A stretch of DNA of 11,258 nucleotides from Methanobacteriaceae archaeon (GTDB lineage: Archaea > Methanobacteriota > Methanobacteria > Methanobacteriales > Methanobacteriaceae). Location of the stretch: NCBI GenBank assembly GCA_003558085.1, contig PWMT01000075.1, positions 1 through 11,258 on the forward strand, read 5' to 3'. The translations under genes were made by a program, and so were the position numbers. Under the pieces are notes generated by a model, which saw nothing but the letters and a program-made list of their open reading frames with translations, was not told where the DNA came from and ran no database searches. Position 1 is the stretch's first letter. Every line of letters begins with the position of its first letter. Below, piece after piece: positions 7,910 through 11,258 of the stretch.

Positions 7910-9223
7910 ATGAATTATAGAGGACCAGTCGGAAAATTACTAGAATCATCAGGGATATCAGTAGGAGACACTATAAAAATTGAAAAAAAGGATATTCTTT
8001 ATGAAGGGATGCTATTAGATCGATCAGAAGATGCTGATGATCAACACTTGGTATTAAAACTGGATAATGGATACAACATGGGTGTAAATATAATGGGAGC
8101 AAGTTTAAAACTTATCCAGCCAGGTGAAAAACCAAAACTTGAACTTAAACCTCTAGAAATTAAGAAAAATCCGGCTTTAAAAGAAGTTTCCATCATATCC
8201 ACCGGGGGAACTGTCACTTCTATTATTGATTATAAAAGCGGTGCAGTGCATCCTGCCTACACTGCTCAGGATCTTTTAACCACCAATCCCGAACTTTTGG
8301 ATATAGCCAATATCAAAAGTAAGGCCATGGCCAGTATATTAAGTGAAAATATGAATCCCGATTATTGGGTTAAGTCTGCTCAGGCCATATTTGATGAGAT
8401 TAATGAGGGATCCTATGGAGTGGTGCTGGCCCATGGTACCGATACTATGCATTATACCGCTGCAGCTTTGAGTTTCATGTTGGAAACACCCGTACCTGTA
8501 ATTATTACTGGAGCCCAGCGTAGTTCAGATAGACCATCATCTGATGCTTTTTTAAATTTAATGAATTCTGTAGGGGCGGCCCTTTCTAATCTGGCAGAAG
8601 TAATGGTATGTATGCACGCCTCCCTTGATAATAGCAGTTGTTATCTGCATAGAGGTACTAAAGTGCGTAAAATGCACACCTCCCGAAGGGATACTTTCCG
8701 CAGTATTAACAGCTCTCCCCTAGCCACCATAAAAGATGGGCAGGTAGAAATTCTGAGGGATGAACAAAAATATAAAGTTAGAGATAGTAGGGAATTGAAA
8801 TTAAATGATACCATAGAGAGTGATGTGGCCCTCATTAAAAGTTTTCCTGGTTTAGATGGTGAAATAATCGATTATCATCTTGATAAAGGTTATAAAGGCA
8901 TCGTGCTGGAAGGTACCGGTCTTGGACATACCCCTGATCATTTGCTTCCAGCCCTAGAAAGAGCCGCAGATTATCAAGTACCAGTGATCATGACCTCCCA
9001 ATGTCTCTACGGGAAAGTAAACATGAACGTGTACAGTACTGGTAGAAGACTCCTCTCAGCAGGCATAATTCCAGGAGAGGATATGCTTCCAGAAACGGCT
9101 TATGTAAAACTTTGCTGGACTCTAGGACAGACTGAAAAATTAGAGGAAGTAAAAAAGATTATGACCACCAACCTGGCTGGTGAAATTGAAGAAAAATCAT
9201 CCCTGGATTACTTTTTAAATTAA
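7910..9223 (+). CDS. gatD: Glutamyl-tRNA(Gln) amidotransferase subunit D (asparaginase-like glutaminase)
   Basis: N-terminal [10 protein letters not shown] domain, [63 protein letters not shown] at 7901-7905 looks like an SD, favouring ATG 7910. Confidence 0.96.
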   Translation: MNYRGPVGKLLESSGISVGDTIKIEKKDILYEGMLLDRSEDADDQHLVLKLDNGYNMGVNIMGASLKLIQPGEKPKLELKPLEIKKNPALKEVSIISTGGTVTSIIDYKSGAVHPAYTAQDLLTTNPELLDIANIKSKAMASILSENMNPDYWVKSAQAIFDEINEGSYGVVLAHGTDTMHYTAAALSFMLETPVPVIITGAQRSSDRPSSDAFLNLMNSVGAALSNLAEVMVCMHASLDNSSCYLHRGTKVRKMHTSRRDTFRSINSSPLATIKDGQVEILRDEQKYKVRDSRELKLNDTIESDVALIKSFPGLDGEIIDYHLDKGYKGIVLEGTGLGHTPDHLLPALERAADYQVPVIMTSQCLYGKVNMNVYSTGRRLLSAGIIPGEDMLPETAYVKLCWTLGQTEKLEEVKKIMTTNLAGEIEEKSSLDYFLN

Positions 9224-9285
9224 AAATTATTAATTAAACATTATAAATCCTCTAATATATCATTAATTAAAATCACGGTGATTAA

Positions 9286-11148
9286 ATGGACTGGGAAAAA
9301 TTAGGACTTAAAATGGGTTTAGAGATCCATCAACAATTGGACACTGAAACTAAATTATTTTGCCCGTGTAGCTGCGATTTAATCCAAAAAGAAGCTGAAT
9401 ATAAAATATTAAGATACTTGAGACCCACCCAAAGTGAATTAGGTAAAATAGATAGGGCTGCCTTTCAAGAGGCCCGAAGGAAATTACGTTTCTTATATGA
9501 AGCTTACTCTGAGGAATCCTGTTTAGTGGAAGTCGATGAAGAACCTCCTCATCCTTTAAATTTAGAAGCAATGGATTTAGCTATCACCATTGCTTCATTA
9601 TTAAATATGGAAGTAGTGGATGAATTCCATACTATGAGAAAGCAAGTCATCGATGGTAGTAACACTGGAGGTTTTCAAAGAACCGGCCTTTTAGCAACTA
9701 ATGGATATTTAGATACCAGTAAAGGTAAGGTGACCATAGAGAATCTATGTTTAGAGGAAGACGCCGCTCGAAGAATTAAAACTGGCTCTGATAATGTAGT
9801 GTTTCGTTTAGACCGACTAGGTATTCCTTTATTAGAAATCACCACCGACCCCTCCATACACCATCCGCATCAGGTAAAAGAAGTAGCCTTCCAGATTGGG
9901 CAGGTTTTAAGAAGCACCCGGGTTAAAAGGGGTTTAGGTACCATTCGACAGGATTTAAATATCTCCATTAATCAGGGGGCAAGGGTAGAAGTAAAAGGAG
10001 TTCAAGACTTGGACCTAATACCTACCATTGTAGAAAGAGAAGTGGAACGCCAGATAAATTTGATTGAAATTAGAGATCTTCTACTGCAGAGTGATGCTGA
10101 GGTAGGAGAAGAGATATTCGATGTAGATAGAGTTTTTGAAAATACAAAATCAAAAATTATTTCAAAAGCAGCTACAGTAAAGGCCTTAAAATTAAGTGGA
10201 TTTGCAGGATTAGTGGGAATGGAAATACAGCCGGGAAGAATATTAGGCACAGAGTTTTCCAGTTATGCTAAAAAATTAGGGGTTTCTGGAATATTTCATA
10301 CTGACGAACTTCCATCCTATGGTATAAGTCTAGCGGAAGTGGAAGCATTAAAAGAATTTACCGGTGCTGGTGAAGATGATGCAGTGATAATCGTAGCCCA
10401 AGAAGAGGAAATTGCTAGGTCTGCTTTAGAAGAAATAAAAAGAAGAGCAATTATGTGTATGCAGGGCGTGCCAGAAGAAACCCGGAAAACTCTAACTGAT
10501 GGGAATACAGAATATCTACGTCCCTTACCTACTTCCAGTCGAATGTATTTAGAAACCGACATACCACCTTATATCATCAGCCGCAGTAAGGTTAAAAAGA
10601 TAAAGAATAATCTACCTGAATTACCCCAAGCAAAAAAGGAGAGAATAAAATCAAAATACAAATTAAGTGAAGATCTGGCCAGTCAACTGGTAAAGAAAGA
10701 TAAAGTAAATGATTTTGAAGAATTGATGCAGAAAGTGAAGGTAGAACCCACTCAAGTGGCTTCTCTATTGGCTTATTCTTTAATAGAAATCAAACGTGAC
10801 GGCCATTCCCTGGAAAATATAGATCTTAAAACTCTGGAGGAAACCCTGAAATTATTAGAGGATAATAAAATATCCAAAGATGCTATAAACCCAGTTTTAA
10901 TTTACGTAGCTCAAAATAATATTTCTCCTCTAACAGCAGCCGAAGAACAGAATTTATTAATGTTAAAAGAAGAAGAAGTAGAGGAAGTTATCCAAAAAAT
11001 ACTGTCTAAAAATGATGATCTAATCCAAGAAAGAGGAATGGGTGCTATGGGACCATTAATGGGAATGGCCATGAAAGAATTAAAAGGCAAGGCTGATGGA
11101 AAATTGATTAACAAGTTAATTAAAGATAATATACAAAAATCCTTATAA
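9286..11148 (+). CDS. gatE: Glutamyl-tRNA(Gln) amidotransferase subunit E
   Basis: [64 protein letters not shown], AspRS-like insertion (GIFHTDELP), RMYLETD, C-terminal YqeY-like MGPLMG..M..LKGKADG. SD GGTGA. Confidence 0.97.
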   Translation: MDWEKLGLKMGLEIHQQLDTETKLFCPCSCDLIQKEAEYKILRYLRPTQSELGKIDRAAFQEARRKLRFLYEAYSEESCLVEVDEEPPHPLNLEAMDLAITIASLLNMEVVDEFHTMRKQVIDGSNTGGFQRTGLLATNGYLDTSKGKVTIENLCLEEDAARRIKTGSDNVVFRLDRLGIPLLEITTDPSIHHPHQVKEVAFQIGQVLRSTRVKRGLGTIRQDLNISINQGARVEVKGVQDLDLIPTIVEREVERQINLIEIRDLLLQSDAEVGEEIFDVDRVFENTKSKIISKAATVKALKLSGFAGLVGMEIQPGRILGTEFSSYAKKLGVSGIFHTDELPSYGISLAEVEALKEFTGAGEDDAVIIVAQEEEIARSALEEIKRRAIMCMQGVPEETRKTLTDGNTEYLRPLPTSSRMYLETDIPPYIISRSKVKKIKNNLPELPQAKKERIKSKYKLSEDLASQLVKKDKVNDFEELMQKVKVEPTQVASLLAYSLIEIKRDGHSLENIDLKTLEETLKLLEDNKISKDAINPVLIYVAQNNISPLTAAEEQNLLMLKEEEVEEVIQKILSKNDDLIQERGMGAMGPLMGMAMKELKGKADGKLINKLIKDNIQKSL

Positions 11149-11231
11149 ATAAAATGTGCATGAATTCAGAAAAAATTAAATACATTTTTATGAGGACTTA
11201 GAAATGGGATTAAATACTAAAAAAGGATAAA

Positions 11232-11258
11232 ATGAAATTATTAATTGTAAATAAAACG
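11232..11258 (+). CDS. Possible start of the next gene (MKLLIVNKT..., truncated by window edge)
   Basis: ATG at 11232 preceded by AAGGA; 9 open codons with a beta-strand-like MKLLIV start. Too short to assign a product. Confidence 0.35.

Noticed and set aside
7901..9223. Annotation as a plain L-asparaginase
   Set aside because: The extra N-terminal domain, the SSDRPSSD and RKMHTSRRD motifs, and the adjacent gatE identify it as GatD.
8641..11114. Six antisense ORFs inside gatD and gatE
   Set aside because: Overlap essential conserved genes; short and motif-less.

Overview
AT-rich archaeal chromosomal DNA, almost certainly a Methanobacteriales methanogen. This rests on the archaea-specific gatDE pair, the Methanothermobacter-type vorCBA with a fused beta-gamma subunit, an AfpA-family flavoprotein, and TATA-box/GGAGGTGA-type signals. 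Left to right: 3' end of a LolD/MacB-type ABC ATPase; AfpA-type flavoprotein; an orphan ~108 aa protein and a DUF355 (PAE2307/Ta1353-like) protein on the minus strand; a ~480 bp divergent intergenic region; a probable operon of XRE-cupin regulator, medium/branched-chain acyl-CoA synthetase and 2-oxoisovalerate:ferredoxin oxidoreductase (vorC, vorB, vorA); gatD-gatE; and the first 9 codons of a further ORF. I found no CRISPR array, tRNA/rRNA, IS element or prophage. Most of the window is conserved metabolism. The best leads are (i) the regulated branched-chain fatty-acid salvage module, (ii) an orphan with its own promoter whose residue pattern resembles phage distal-tail folds, and (iii) structured and uORF-containing non-coding DNA upstream of the regulator. 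All family assignments are from motif recognition, not database searches.
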